64,000 bases of DNA from Ptychomitrium polyphyllum (taxonomy: Eukaryota), in NCBI GenBank assembly GCA_973851085.1, contig OZ316776.1:12710001-12774000 (forward strand), read 5' to 3'. The notes beneath the pieces are model-generated. The model did not search any database. It saw only the letters and a program-made list of their open reading frames with translations, and was not told the origin of the DNA. This document shows, piece by piece, positions 39,299 through 52,046 of the stretch. Position 1 is the first letter of the stretch. Each line of letters opens with the position of its first letter. The translations under genes and the position numbers were made by a program.

Positions 39299-41719
39299 AT
39301 ATCGACTTCGAATGATACTTTTATTTTTTTTTGTTTTCAAAGACTCGCACGAGGAAGACCAGATTTCGCGAACAAGTTTTACTGAGGCAGGATGCTCTCA
39401 TTTGGAAAGGAGCATGGGCGCTTTTGAATGCGCAAATGAGATTTTGATAGTCATTTGTAGATTAGAAGAATTTCATTACATCTGCACAGGAGTTTGCATC
39501 CAAGTTTCGATGTTGCTTCTATTGAGCCTTTTGGCAGCGTTGAGTTCGTTAAAAAGTTTTAACAGCTCCTATTCGTTTCAGTTTCTGAAGCTCCTCAACC
39601 ATGAGCAATACTAGGGCCGCTCTTTAGTAGTGCCCTTTTCATGTTCCTTTTCTTCAATGATATGTACAAGCCCAACAAGCAGCTGGCATTTAATTCAGGA
39701 GTACCTATCTAAATACCATATCCACGGTCTCACTGGGTGTCCAATACAATAGCTCATGAGTTTAATAGCTCAATAGTCATGATTCCTGCCCCAGAGATCC
39801 CCAGTATGCCAGCAATGCACAAGGAATGACTGCGTCAGGTGGCTACCGATCTGCTGTCCCGATTATTCCTAATAATTATCCACTCTTGGATTCACGTCCA
39901 ACTTGACCTCACGTCACACCCACTGTCCCTGTTATCATGCAAGATTAACTCCTCACATAAAACGAGATTGCCATCAAGAATGGATCCACAATACCCTCAA
40001 GACTTTGATAAAGTCGCTCCAAAAATAGGAAAATGGTACCACTGCTGTTGTCTATTGCTATACTGGTAAATAACAGCATCTAGTACCTAAAATCTAGTTT
40101 CCTCGCTCGAGTCTTGAATATTTGACTCTAGAAAGCGCGGTGGTATCATGCAGTGTTACAGTAACTTAGAAGTGAACTTAATGATATCAGACTTTCTCTC
40201 TCTCTCTTTCTCTCTCTGGAACCGGAGTGTATCCGCGTTGAATGAACGACTGCCAAGACTTGATGGTCGAGTTGAAATTGTTGAACGACCATAAAAAATG
40301 CTGGAAAGGCTTGAACTTTGAGCTGGCTCCGGCTTCCCTGTGTCTACCGCTTGTATATATTTGGCAACAGTCCACCTGGTCGGTTGCATTTGACACAATC
40401 ATCTCAAGTGGGACGACTCATCAGCTGAGTGAACGGATTTCATTCATTTTATCGATAAGCCGTTGAATTAAACTTAGGACTCTTCACACTTCCATCATTT
40501 TCACTCCAGAAACTTGACGAGATTATAATATGCACACGTTTTGCGTTCCTTCCGGCTTTCGCTCGAAATCTGCTCCAGGCGAGTCCAGCTTCCAGCAACA
40601 GATCCGCAAGCAGTGAACTTGCTCTCACCCGCGTTTCAGACTTTCAGCTCCAGATATTTTCATCGAGCCTGTTTTGATTCCCAGCCAAAAACTCCACAGA
40701 TTCAAACAGTTTATTTGCTTCATGTTACTCGCGGCTATCGTTCGTCAGTTTTTCTTCTTCTTGCGGCCGTCCCATTCCGGTAGGATTCACGCGGTTGGAA
40801 TCTAGATTGAAGCTGAATCGGAGACCGTTCTGGCATCGGTGCTTACCCATCTGCATCATGTGATTGTTTGCTGCAATGACAGACTCGGTTGTGTGGACTT
40901 TTTTCCCTTTAACAAAGCCTGTGTAATACTGGGCTTCAAGGTTTAGAACATGTTGACGATGATCCTTGGCCGGCTATGGAGTGCCGCGTGAACCCATACT
41001 CTCTCTTTGTGATGAGGCATTCTGGTTAACTAAGTACCTCCTCTTCATAATTATCAAGGATTGCCCTCTTCCGTTAAGCAGTCTCAGTGTGCATTCGCAC
41101 CTTGAATTGAGCCGATAGATCGCTATTTGCTTTCGGCGCGGAGCGTGGATTGGTCCTATCGATTTATTTCGTGATTCCACGGAGAGAATCTTCTTCGTTG
41201 TGCGCAAGACCTGCTCACAGTGGGTGTCTGTATATGGTGGCGCATCTAGTCTGCAATGTGGTGGAGTCGTCGGCCGGAGACCAGTGATGAATTGCCTCGG
41301 CAATGTAATGCAAGTTTGAGGGAGATGCGGGCGTCTCGGTCCTGGTATGGTACGATCAGCCCACTCTCAAGTCGCCATCATTCTGTGGTTTTGAGATGAT
41401 TTTTTGTATGAATGACCTTTCAGAACAATTTGCAATCTAGTCGTTTCTAGGGCTGAGGTGAGGAGCCATTAGATTTCGGGCAATAATCCCGACACCCAGC
41501 CAACGGTTGCAATGTAGCATGTTAGAGACTAGATAGAGAGAGCGCTCTTTGCAAATGCGAGATGTAGTATTTAGGTCTTATTTTCTGATGTTCTGAAAGC
41601 TGAGTTTTATTTTTCTATCTGGGTTTTTCCAAATCAAGGTGTGCTTAGCAGTTGGGTGCCGACAAATCGATTTCCAACCAACTTGGAGGCACTAAAATCA
41701 TCTGTTTCGAAGCTAGAGA

Positions 41720-44282
41720 ATGGAGGCGAAAATCGAAGAATACATTCTCCACCACATGGATCTGACGATGGAGTATCTGTTGGACTTTCCACTGAAGGTC
41801 GCGGAGGTGGTGCGCAAAGCGGTGGACGAAGCGGACTCGTTCCGGCAGGAATGCGCGGAGCTCAACAATAAAGTGGAGAAGCTGATCCAATTGCTACGAC
41901 AGGCCGTCATCCTGAACAAAGCCGCCGGGCTGTACGAGCGGCCCACACGGCGCATCATGCTGGAGGTTCTGAAAGCGCTGGAGCGCGCGCTAGGGCTGGT
42001 GCGCAAGTGCAAGCGCAGCGGGATGCTCAAGCGCGTCATGACCATCACCACCACCACCGACTTCCGCAAAGTGAACTGCGTCCTGGAAAGCTCAACAGGG
42101 GACGTCACCTGGCTGCTCAACATCTCATCCAGCGGGGAAGATCGCTCGGCATTCACAGGGTTGCCCCCGATCGCTTCCACCGACCCCGTCCTGGCTCTAG
42201 TCTGGGAGCAAGTCTCCATCGTGCACGTCGGAACGCCAGAGGAGAAAGCAGAGGGCGCAGAGTACTTGGGTAACCTTGCAAAGAGCGCAGAGCGCAACGG
42301 CAAAATCATCCTCGAGGAAGGAGGCGCAGCGCCGTTGCTGAGATTGCTCAAGGAGGGCACCCTTCCTGGTCAAGAAGCCGCTGCGCTAGCTTTGGGTCTT
42401 CTTGCAAGTGACAGGGAACGGGTACGCCAGCTGCGTACTGAGGCAGCCAGCAGCGTCTTCACCCACATTTTGGCTTCTCATTCCATTTCCATGAAAGTTC
42501 AGGTAAGCCCTAATTTCTGGTAACCCGTCCTTGTCAACTACCAATGGATTTTGGGATCGAAGACATTCTGGTATCAATCAGTTTGACTTAATACTCGTGG
42601 GTTCGTGTTGGTTTGAATGGTTGATTGCAGTTGCAAGTTGCACGAGTTGTTGCGAAGTTTGCCTCTCTGGATGAGGAAGCGCAAGGGGAGCTTGCTTCTC
42701 AAGGTGCAATAAGGTTATTGGTTGCGCTTCTTGCGCATCAGACGAGTACAGTGGAGGGCATGGAGGGGCTAGCGAGCATCCACGCAATTGTGAGGACCAA
42801 CATGTCGCAGCTGAGGAGTACAGTAGCGAGAGGGAATGGTCATGCTAATTCTGGTCATGCCATTTCGGATACTCGGGGGCAACCTGTGGCAATGGTGGCT
42901 TCTTCGGTGATGGCTCGGATGCGAAACTCTGCTCCACCACCGGCTTCCGAGAACCCTTCCTCCAGTGCAAGAATGAATGTGCCTCTGAGGCAGAGCAGTC
43001 GAGCGCATCGTGATTTGGAGGATCCTGAGGTGAAGCTGGGATTGAAGGTGGAGGCTGCGCACGCTCTCTGGAAACTGGCAGCGAATCATGTCAAGAATTG
43101 CAAGCTCATTACTGACACTTGTGCATTGCTTTGCTTTGCCAAGCTCATGAAGCATAGTGGAGGGGAACTGAAGTATAATTCTGTTATGGCTGTCAAGGAG
43201 ATCGCAGCTGCTGCTGGGAGGGACTCTGAGCTCCGGCGGGCTGCATTTAAGACTAACTCGCCGTCGGCCAAAGCTGTTGTGGAACAGCTCTTGCTACTAA
43301 TTACAGCTGAGGATGGAGAACCTGAGCTTCAGGTACTGTGTTCTCATACTGCATGATCACTCGGACCTCACATTCGTACCATAGAAGTTATCCTTGTAGC
43401 CCCCCCTTTCTGGTCCCCACTTTGGCCCACTATCTTTCGTTGCATCCACAGTGAGCATGAGTTATGACAAGTGGGTATCAAACTAAGCACCAAGCTTCTT
43501 CAGTATTGAAGAGTAAAGTGATAGGAACAGCAAATAGGAACTAAATCAGTTAGCAGGGGACTGGATGATTGCGCTTGCTTGTTTCAGCTTAATAGGTTTT
43601 CTACTGGCAGGCTTCATAATATAGTACAAAATAACATTTATTGAGCATTGGGGATTTGAGCATTTCTAAAGAACCTGTTTGTTTTCTGCTTTATTTTAAA
43701 GAAGTTCTACTCACAAGAAATTTGTTTATGGTTTAGCAGATAGAATGTTGCAAAGCAATTGGAAGTTTATCTCGAATTTTCCCTGCACCCGCCGAGTCCC
43801 CAATCAAAGCCCTGACCAAAGCTTTAGCCAAGGTTGTGGACGACCATAACCAGGAAGTTGTTGAAGTTGCCACTGAAGCGGCTCTTGCTCTGTCAAGGTT
43901 TGCCAGTGATGAGAATTATCTGCACTTGGAGCACTCAAGAAACATCATTCACGAAGGAGCGGTGGATGGAGCAATTGTGCTTGCATTGAACTTTGGGTAC
44001 TCGGATTCACAACTTGCTGCGCTTGAACTTCTTTGTTATCTATCTTTGAATGTTCCTGATAGTGAAGCCTTACAAAAGGCCAATGTTATTCATGTTTTGA
44101 ATTCTACCATTCACGCCAGTCAATTATCACAGTTATTTGCTAAGCATGTGACTGCTCGACCACTGATTACCGAGGCCATTGGAAAACTTGAAGTATATCA
44201 CGATCAGTTACGTAACAACAGTTTTAGTATTTTAGATATTGATCATGATTATTCTGGTTCCCAAAATAGGTTGCTGGATTAA
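41720..44282 (+). CDS. ARO: ARMADILLO REPEAT ONLY (ARO)-like protein, 3 exons
   Basis: Exons 41720-42502, 42631-43332 and 43740-44282 join in phase 0. ARO-type motifs: ADSFRQEC, LYERPTRRI, GDVTWLL, GLPPIASTDPVLALVWEQ, KIILEEGG, LLCFAKL, RRAAFKTNSPSAKAVVEQLL, ENYLHLEHS. Confidence 0.9.
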
Positions 44283-45223
44283 ACTCCATTTTTTTCACCT
44301 ATTCTTCACCTAATTTTATCTTAGATTGTAGCATATACTGAGGCGGGTGTAGGTCCTGCTTGTGGGCCGTGTATCACTTAACTATTGAGGTAGGAAAGAT
44401 AGTACTCTGGATCAACTCTTATAAATTTGAGTTGGTATGTGAAAGTAGCAAGTTGAACAGGTATTGGTAGTGCCGCACAAACGTAAATGTCCTGCTTCAT
44501 TTGGAAGAATATAATCAATGGGACAAATCCAACACATCTCTCTACCTTTAGGAACCGGTTTTTCAATAGTGCATACCCTTTGCTTTACCTTTTGGTGTGT
44601 TCACAGTTTATATATAAACTGTCAACCTTGGGATAACTTGTAGTAAAAGATAATTTGTTTTCTGTGGCTTGATAGTGTTGTTAGCAGAAATATATGCATA
44701 TCTAGCTGAATGCTTGGCTGTGGGTCTGTGCTGAGTTTATGGATTGCAACTGCACTCATTGGAGGCGTATCTGTTGGGTATGTGAATATAACTTGTCACA
44801 ATGCACCTGGATTCTGTGCACATCACATATTTGCATTCACAAAAGACTTAATTTTTAATCACTGGTGAACAATTGAGTTTTCACTTAAACTTGCACATAT
44901 TTACTTACAAACATTCTATGGGTCCATTAGTGTTACCTAGGCTTCGCTCTTTTTTGTTTCATTGGTTGCTGACTGTGCACTGGTAAGTGTCAGTTGCACA
45001 GTTGTATCTGCTATACAGCCAGCTAATTGTTGTGGTGAAATAAAAAACTAGAAATGTCTCAAGAGAACAAAACTCTCTGCAAAAACTTTAATATTGACCC
45101 TCTCTTGTTGTGCCTTGACCTCACAATTAATATGCAGCTATGAACTAAGGCAGTAGTGCACCTTGAAAAATGACTACTCAACAATTCAGTACCTACTATA
45201 TTGGAATGAGTTCATAAAAGATC

Positions 45224-45250
45224 AACACGTGGATGATCAATCCACGTGTT
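45224..45250. promoter_or_regulatory. Inverted repeat containing two G-boxes (AACACGTGGAT-N5-ATCCACGTGTT)
   Basis: Perfect 11-bp arms, each containing CACGTG. Function is not shown. Confidence 0.35.
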
Positions 45251-48200
45251 ATTCACTCCGGGTTCCTATGATGTTGGTGGATGACTTCATGTGATTACAG
45301 TAACCTTTCACATCATTTGATTATGAACAAAGGTCACCCATGTACCATTGCTATGACCATGTCATGCTTGTTAGCACTCAGCAGCACCTGAGAGGTGGAG
45401 CTGGAGTAATGAAGTCTATGTTGTTCAAAAGCTTGCTCCTCAGCTGTGTAAAATATGAAATATATGTCTAAATTACAATAGAATTCTACCAATGATTCAA
45501 CCATTTGCAAGAGAGCACTGAAAGTGTTCAAGCTAACAAGCTAGCTCAACTCCTATGCATTCATTCCTTGGCAAAATCCTCACATTAGCTAAGCCTAAGT
45601 GACAAATGACAAGAAGATGTGGTTAATGATAATGCACTTGATGATGGTTACTAGTAACTAGTGATACTGTACAGTTCTACCTTATTCTCAGTAGCTCAGG
45701 CCTGCTAACTTCCTAAGTTCTCCACTGCCTTTCTTTCTGCTGGTTTCCCATTCTCAAAGCACAATACAGTTATCAAAATCCTTGGCTGTAGGCAGGTTAG
45801 TTAACAAAATCTCACATTGCATACAATACAAGTCAATTGCTCTGGGTCTGGCAAGAACTATGCCTCATGTGTTTCAGCATTGTAGTGTACTTTGTACTTT
45901 ACCTTCTTTCTGATAATCTTTGCTCCCCAATTCACGGCAATCTCTTCTTTTATGGGTGGTGGATGAGAAGCAGTTGAAACTCATGCTCCTGTTGCTGGTA
46001 TGGACAAGAAAGTGACAATATGATGCTGGTACAATGTACTTTCTTTTTTATCTACACACATACTTACAAGTCAAGAATGCTCCAAGACGGTTGCTTTACC
46101 ACCACGTTCAAAGTGATCACTATGATACTTATAATTCCTGGATATTTTGGAGTGCTTCTGTAGGCAGTACAACCTGGAGAACTCATAAGCCTTTGCAATG
46201 TCAAAATTCCATTGTCATTTAGTAATCATTCTGCCAACTGTCAACTGCCTATGCCTTGGACGGTAGGAATTCTTGATGGATTCCTTCCTTGGTAACAGAT
46301 TGACATGATTGTGTCATTGAAATGTACCATTGAGTCAAAACAATTTTGGAAAGCCACATTGTAGGTTGAGAACACTCTAAAAATTTGTGCAGTGAATTTT
46401 TAGTGTCATCAATTCTAAGTACTAATATCAATATGTAAACCATCAAACCATAACTACCAACTCTAAATAATCAAGAATTTTTTAATTGGAATATTAAATT
46501 TTTTTAGGAGTTTTCATGAATTGCATCATCTACAAAGTAATTCATCATGACAATAATAGTCATACATACTACACACAATTTTTAATGTAGTATTTGTTTG
46601 CCACATTTTGGTGTGTATCCATACTAAATCACTAGTTAATTTTGCCATAGGTACGATTGCATTATATACAATAGTAATTTTAGTATGTACTCATACTATA
46701 TCCATCTCAACTACATGCTTGCTTGAATTTGCCTATATAGTATGTATGGCTTTATAGGTTTATAAAATTTATAAATTGTAACAAAATATATAGAAAATAA
46801 AAGTGATGGAAATAGCTAGAAGTTGAACTAAAAACCTCATAAAGATGCAAATTTCCACAAGTTGAACATAGAACCTTATAGAAGATGCAAATCCCTGCGA
46901 GTTGAACCAAGAGCATTTCATTGATGAAAAAATATAGGTATTGTGTACTAACTCTAACACATCTTTAATCAACAACTTGTTTATACTAATCTTGCACATC
47001 AATTGCTGATGAAAGTACGAGAAGGGTGATCAAGGTGGACGAGAACAATTGATATGGGGATGTCAATAGATGATACGGTGTACGACAGCATACGAAACGT
47101 GGATGGAAACATGCGATACAATACTGGATACGGTGGAGGACAGAGTATGATACGATACGATATATGCGACCGTAGATACGATGCTCCACCGATATACGGC
47201 AGCGATGGAGGGAGCACGGGACGATTTGTGGCCTTCACAAGATGCTGGTCTGAGTGATGAGCGATGAGTGATGGTGATCACTAGCTCGTTCAACTCAGAG
47301 AATTACGACAAGCTTGTGAGAGATTGGCTCACCCTCGCAGATAGTTGTTTCCTCTTTCCAATGCCGTACTTTCTAGCCTAACATGAGCCGATATGGTGCT
47401 CCAGTCTTTCCAAACTTCGGAGTTTTGATTCGAGTCAGCCATGGCTAAGCTCTGGTTTTCTAACTAGGGTTGCTGCTTTGAAGAGACCGAAGTTTGACGT
47501 GATGATCAACTAGTTTGCATATGGGGAGTCATGTGGTCTTGAGCGCAGTTTGGTTCTGTTTAAGAATACTGAAAAGCGTTTTCTAACTCGTTGAGGGGAA
47601 GTGATTGTTTTCTGCCCCAGGGTGGGTTTGTTTGCGCTTGATTTTTCTGAAAAGTTGGAAGTTGATATCAGTAGAGTGAGTCAAGCTAAATTTCTGGAGA
47701 AAGGACGGGTTTTTGATACGAGAGCTTGAGCAGCAGGAGATGGTGGTTCGTTTTGGTTTATTTGCACAATGATGACCCTGTTGTTGTGTCAGAGGCTACA
47801 GTTTGCCAAAACTGAGACTGGGGCCGGCGGGCGTAGGGAAAGTCGTCACGAAAAGGGCAGTGGAGGTAGTGTAAACCGTCTTTGAAGTGCTGGTTTTCTC
47901 CTGTGACGTAGGAGGTGTGGGAGCCATTGCATTACGTCATGTCGAATATGTTCTTCTTTCCTGGGAGAGCTAGATTTGTGAGCGATCGCGTACATAAGTT
48001 GGAGGTTGTGAACCATCGTCTCTTTCTCCTTCCAGCGCTAGAAGAATTTTGTTGGTGTTCACCTGAGGCAGTGCCAAACCAGTTCCTCCAGCTGTAGCGT
48101 CGAAATTCTGCCGTTGTTGGTAGCCTGTTTCGCGAAGGTATTATGTTGCTACACTTCTCTCTGTAGGAGATGAATGTTGCTACGCAGAAGACTTTGGTAT

Positions 48201-48740
48201 GTTAGCAGCATAGGTTCATGAAGCTGTGTGTGTTTATGCGCGTCATGCTATTATGTAGCTTCGATTTTGATTTTCAGTAAGTCTTGGATGCAAGTAGGCT
48301 ACCGGGGGTCTTAAGTTTTTGCGTTCTTTGGACTTTTCTTCTTAAGTACATGGTTCCTCGTTACTCTGGTTTCAGAACTTTGCGAAATTACTCAGAAAAT
48401 AGGATTATTCGCTTACAATGCTTTTACTACAAAAGGATAAGGTTTAGTAGGCACTCATTTTGTGGTTGGGAGAATTCATGTGCTTGAATTTCTTATACTG
48501 ATTTTTGATCATCTGTTGGGTTGTTGATCCACAGTATGTCAAGGACGCCTTTTCTGCAGCTTGTGAAGAGATAAATCAGTCCATCGACATCTCAATTAAG
48601 TGTTGCACTTTCTGCTGTCTCAAGTAGCTCCTGTTCGACGTTGCTCTGTGCCCCCATCAAGAAACGTAGGGGAAGTTTCAACTCGTGTTCTACCAGTTAT
48701 CATCCTAGATGCTGGTGAGTGGGAATACAAGAATTGAAAA

Positions 48741-51700
48741 ATGGAAGGATCTAAGCTTACGAAGATTGGCGAATCTTCGCCCACAGGTTCCCAGGATGAT
48801 ATTTCAAAATTCGACGAGGTTTTACTGCCAAGTTCCTTCAAGGTCGGAATAGGGACGAAATTAGAACATCGTAGGAACAAGGTGCATAAGTTATCGCATT
48901 CAGGAGGAAGCAATGGCCGCACTTTTAATCTCGAGGACATAGCTTCAGGATCAAACGGTTCTCATGTCACAAGCACAGACAGAGCATGTCGAGTGACTGT
49001 CACCATAATTGCTGCAAAAGACTTGAAGAGAACTGCAACTGGGCCTGACGCCAGAGACCCTGTTTTTAAAGTTCGGGTGGAACAAGTATTGAGAAAATCA
49101 AAGGATATTAAGACTGCCGTCAATCAGGTAATAAAGGAAGAAAGAGGATTTTATGAATCGAGTGTATGTTTGTCCTAACCCGCTTTCTAGTGCCAATAAA
49201 ACTAAAACATGCTTATAAGTACTCCCTCTTGTGACGTAACATACACCGACTCTGTAACCATAAATCAAGCAAGTACTAATGGATATACTAGCGAAAAACC
49301 TTTTTATGAGATAGATTTGATGGGATTCTGCTTGTGCTGTTCATTGACTGCTATTTCTAATTGGTTGGTCGTGAAATTTACAATGGCAACATTTTGTCGA
49401 GCCAAAGCAGACCATATACCAGTTGATAAGGTGGAGACGGGCGATAATTTCCTGTTAAAGCCTTTTAAGTTGTCCGATGATATTATCTCAGAGAATCGCC
49501 CTGTCAATTTTGGTGGTCAAACTCTTTGATACTTCTCTTGATGCTTTTGGACAGCAGTTTTTTTATAGGTAGTAGCTGATCTCACACATGATGACTACCT
49601 CTATAGTAGACCAATTCCGAAACATAAGGTAATTCTGGTTGGCTTATCTGCAGGATGGCATTCTTAATGTGAACCAGAGTTTCACATTTGATGTTCGGGA
49701 GTTGAAGACTGCTCAAATAACACTTCAAGTTGTTTCAAGGGGAGTGCTTGGTATCGAAGAAGCCCTTGGACACATCAGCAATCTCTGTGTTCTCAACTTG
49801 CTCGAGGTAGAAATCTGGGCGCTTCACCAATTTTTTCTTACTTCTATGAAACATTTGTTTTTTTTTCCATGGTTAACACCTGAATGGTGGGTCTTCATGC
49901 AAACACTGTTACTTCAGCTTTCTGATAACCACTGGGTTCATTTTATCTGATGCACACCTGGAGGGAACGTCCGAACGAATCTTCTGCTTTTATGCTTGTA
50001 AGTATGCTTTTGATCGAAATCGTTCTTAATATTTTCGTTGGAACTTACATTATCAGGAGCAAAGTGACCGGAAGGATGTGGATGCCAAGTGGTACGATTT
50101 GTACTCCAAAAGCGGCAATAGACTTATGCCTGGAAAGCTCTACATGCAAGTTATTGTTGGTATGGCGGAACCAGAGCAGACTATTTCAGCCTTTGTGGGC
50201 ACCTGGAATGTTGGAAATGCTCGCCCTCCAGCAGATCTGTCTCCCTGGCTACCTACTGACGCCTTTTTTGAGATCATTGCTATAGGAACTCAGGAATGTG
50301 ACTATCCTCCCCGTGCTCCATTCACAGAGTGTAGTAAGGACTGGACTTATACGTTGAAATCTCACTTCGGTGAGCGTTATAAGCTTGTTCATGCAACATC
50401 ACGTGGGCAGATGCGTCTTGTAGTCTTTGTTCGAGATGACGCTGAGAAGGCAATCTCTGAAGTTGATAGTGACAGTGAGGCGACAGGAGTAGGTAATGTT
50501 ATGGCCAACAAAGGAGGTGTGTGCATCGCGTTTAAATTCTGGGACACAGGTTTATGCTTTGTAAACTGCCACTTCGCTGCTCATGTTGGGCAGTGTGAGA
50601 CACGCAATAGCAATTTTAGGCAGATCGCAATGTCAATGCGGGTTGGACTTCAAAGCATGGATTTGCTCAGTCAGTTTCACCATGTATTTTGGCTTGGAGA
50701 CCTGAATTACAGGCTTGATTTTGGGAAACTGGAGCCTCAAGGAACTACTCCGGATCGTACATTCTGGGCTACAATTGTGAAGCAAATTCATGCTAACAGG
50801 TGGAAGGAGCTTCTCAAGTATGATGAGTTGCGGAAGGAGAAAGGTGCTTCACGTATACTTGCTGGTTTCAAAGAAGGAGAGATAACATTCCCCCCAACTT
50901 TTAAGATGCAAAGGGATTATTTAGACCATTACGATCAAAAACGAATGCCTGCATGGTGCGATCGTGTGTTGTGGAAGACCTTACAAGGATGTCATTCCTA
51001 CCTCATTTCGTACTTTTCTGCCCCAAGTATCCTCACCAGTGATCACAAACCAGTGGGAGCAACATATAAATTGACGTCATATGCGTTACCTTCATCGACG
51101 ATGCTGCCGGCGGGTGGTACTGATGATGACGATAAGAGGTCCGTGATTGTCTTTTGATACTGTGATAATGTTGCTGTTCTGTAGCCTATTCTCGTTCCTT
51201 GTTACTTATTTATGAGTAAGTAAAAGGTGAATTTAGATTTTGATACTAGTTTCTCTGTAGTAGCTTCTTTATCAGTCTGCTATCACTCTGGAAGATACAG
51301 TGACTTAAGTAACAAGTTTCGAAGACAATGGGTCCTCTCCTTCCTCTTATATGATGTCTGTCTAACTTGTAAGGAATAACAAGGTGGGCCTAGTATCTAC
51401 AGCATGTCCTTGTGATTTGTCAATCGTGAGGTGTCCGGTGACAATGTCAGTAAGCATTTGGGACCTAGACCTGCATTATTCAGGGAAAGTAGACAGGTTA
51501 CTGATTGCTTTACTGGTGTGCATTTTCAGGTGGCACATCCGGTTCACTTCACTGCGAGCTAAGAAACTGCGAGCCTCAGACATTAATGGTTTTTCAGATC
51601 CATTTGTCTCATTTGTTGGTCCCAACCTTTTACAAGAATTTAATTCGGAAGTGAAGCACCAGACTCTGAATCCCGTATGGAATCCTTTACAGGAACTTCC

Positions 51701-52046
51701 TACGTTGGTTTTGAGTTCGTTTCCCTTGCAACGAGTGGACAAAGAGTACTTACTGGTACGAGTTCTTGACCATGATTCAGATGAAGATGCATTAGGCTAT
51801 GGAGTCATCCCTTTGGGTCAGGCTGTGGCCGCCTTCAAGAAAGGTGTCTTAGAGGTGGCACATTTCAAGGTCAACCTTTCTCATCATGGTCTACCAGCTG
51901 GTACATTAGAAGGGGGCATGAAACTTACCTGGGAGAAAAACGTGATCAAGAAAAAAGGGTATGGAGGAGACATCATAAGTCGAGGAACTAGCATCAGAGA
52001 TTCTCTGAAAAAGAAAATATTTGTCCGAAACAGGAGCCCTAAATAA
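48741..52046 (+). CDS. Inositol polyphosphate 5-phosphatase with N- and C-terminal C2 domains, 4 coding exons
   Basis: Exons 48741-49127, 49654-49806, 50057-51138 and 51530-52046 are phase-consistent. Catalytic motifs: FVGTWNVG, IAIGTQE, NKGGV, FVNCHFAAH, WLGDLNYR, FPPTFK, PAWCDRVLW, SDHKPV. N-terminal C2-like segment: VTVTIIAAKDL...DPVFKV...NQSFTF. C-terminal C2-like segment: LRAKKLRASDINGFSDPFV...TLNPVWN...VRVLDHD. Confidence 0.92.

Noticed and set aside
41713..42360. 215-aa ORF antisense to ARO exon 1
   Set aside because: Antisense shadow of a GC-rich exon.
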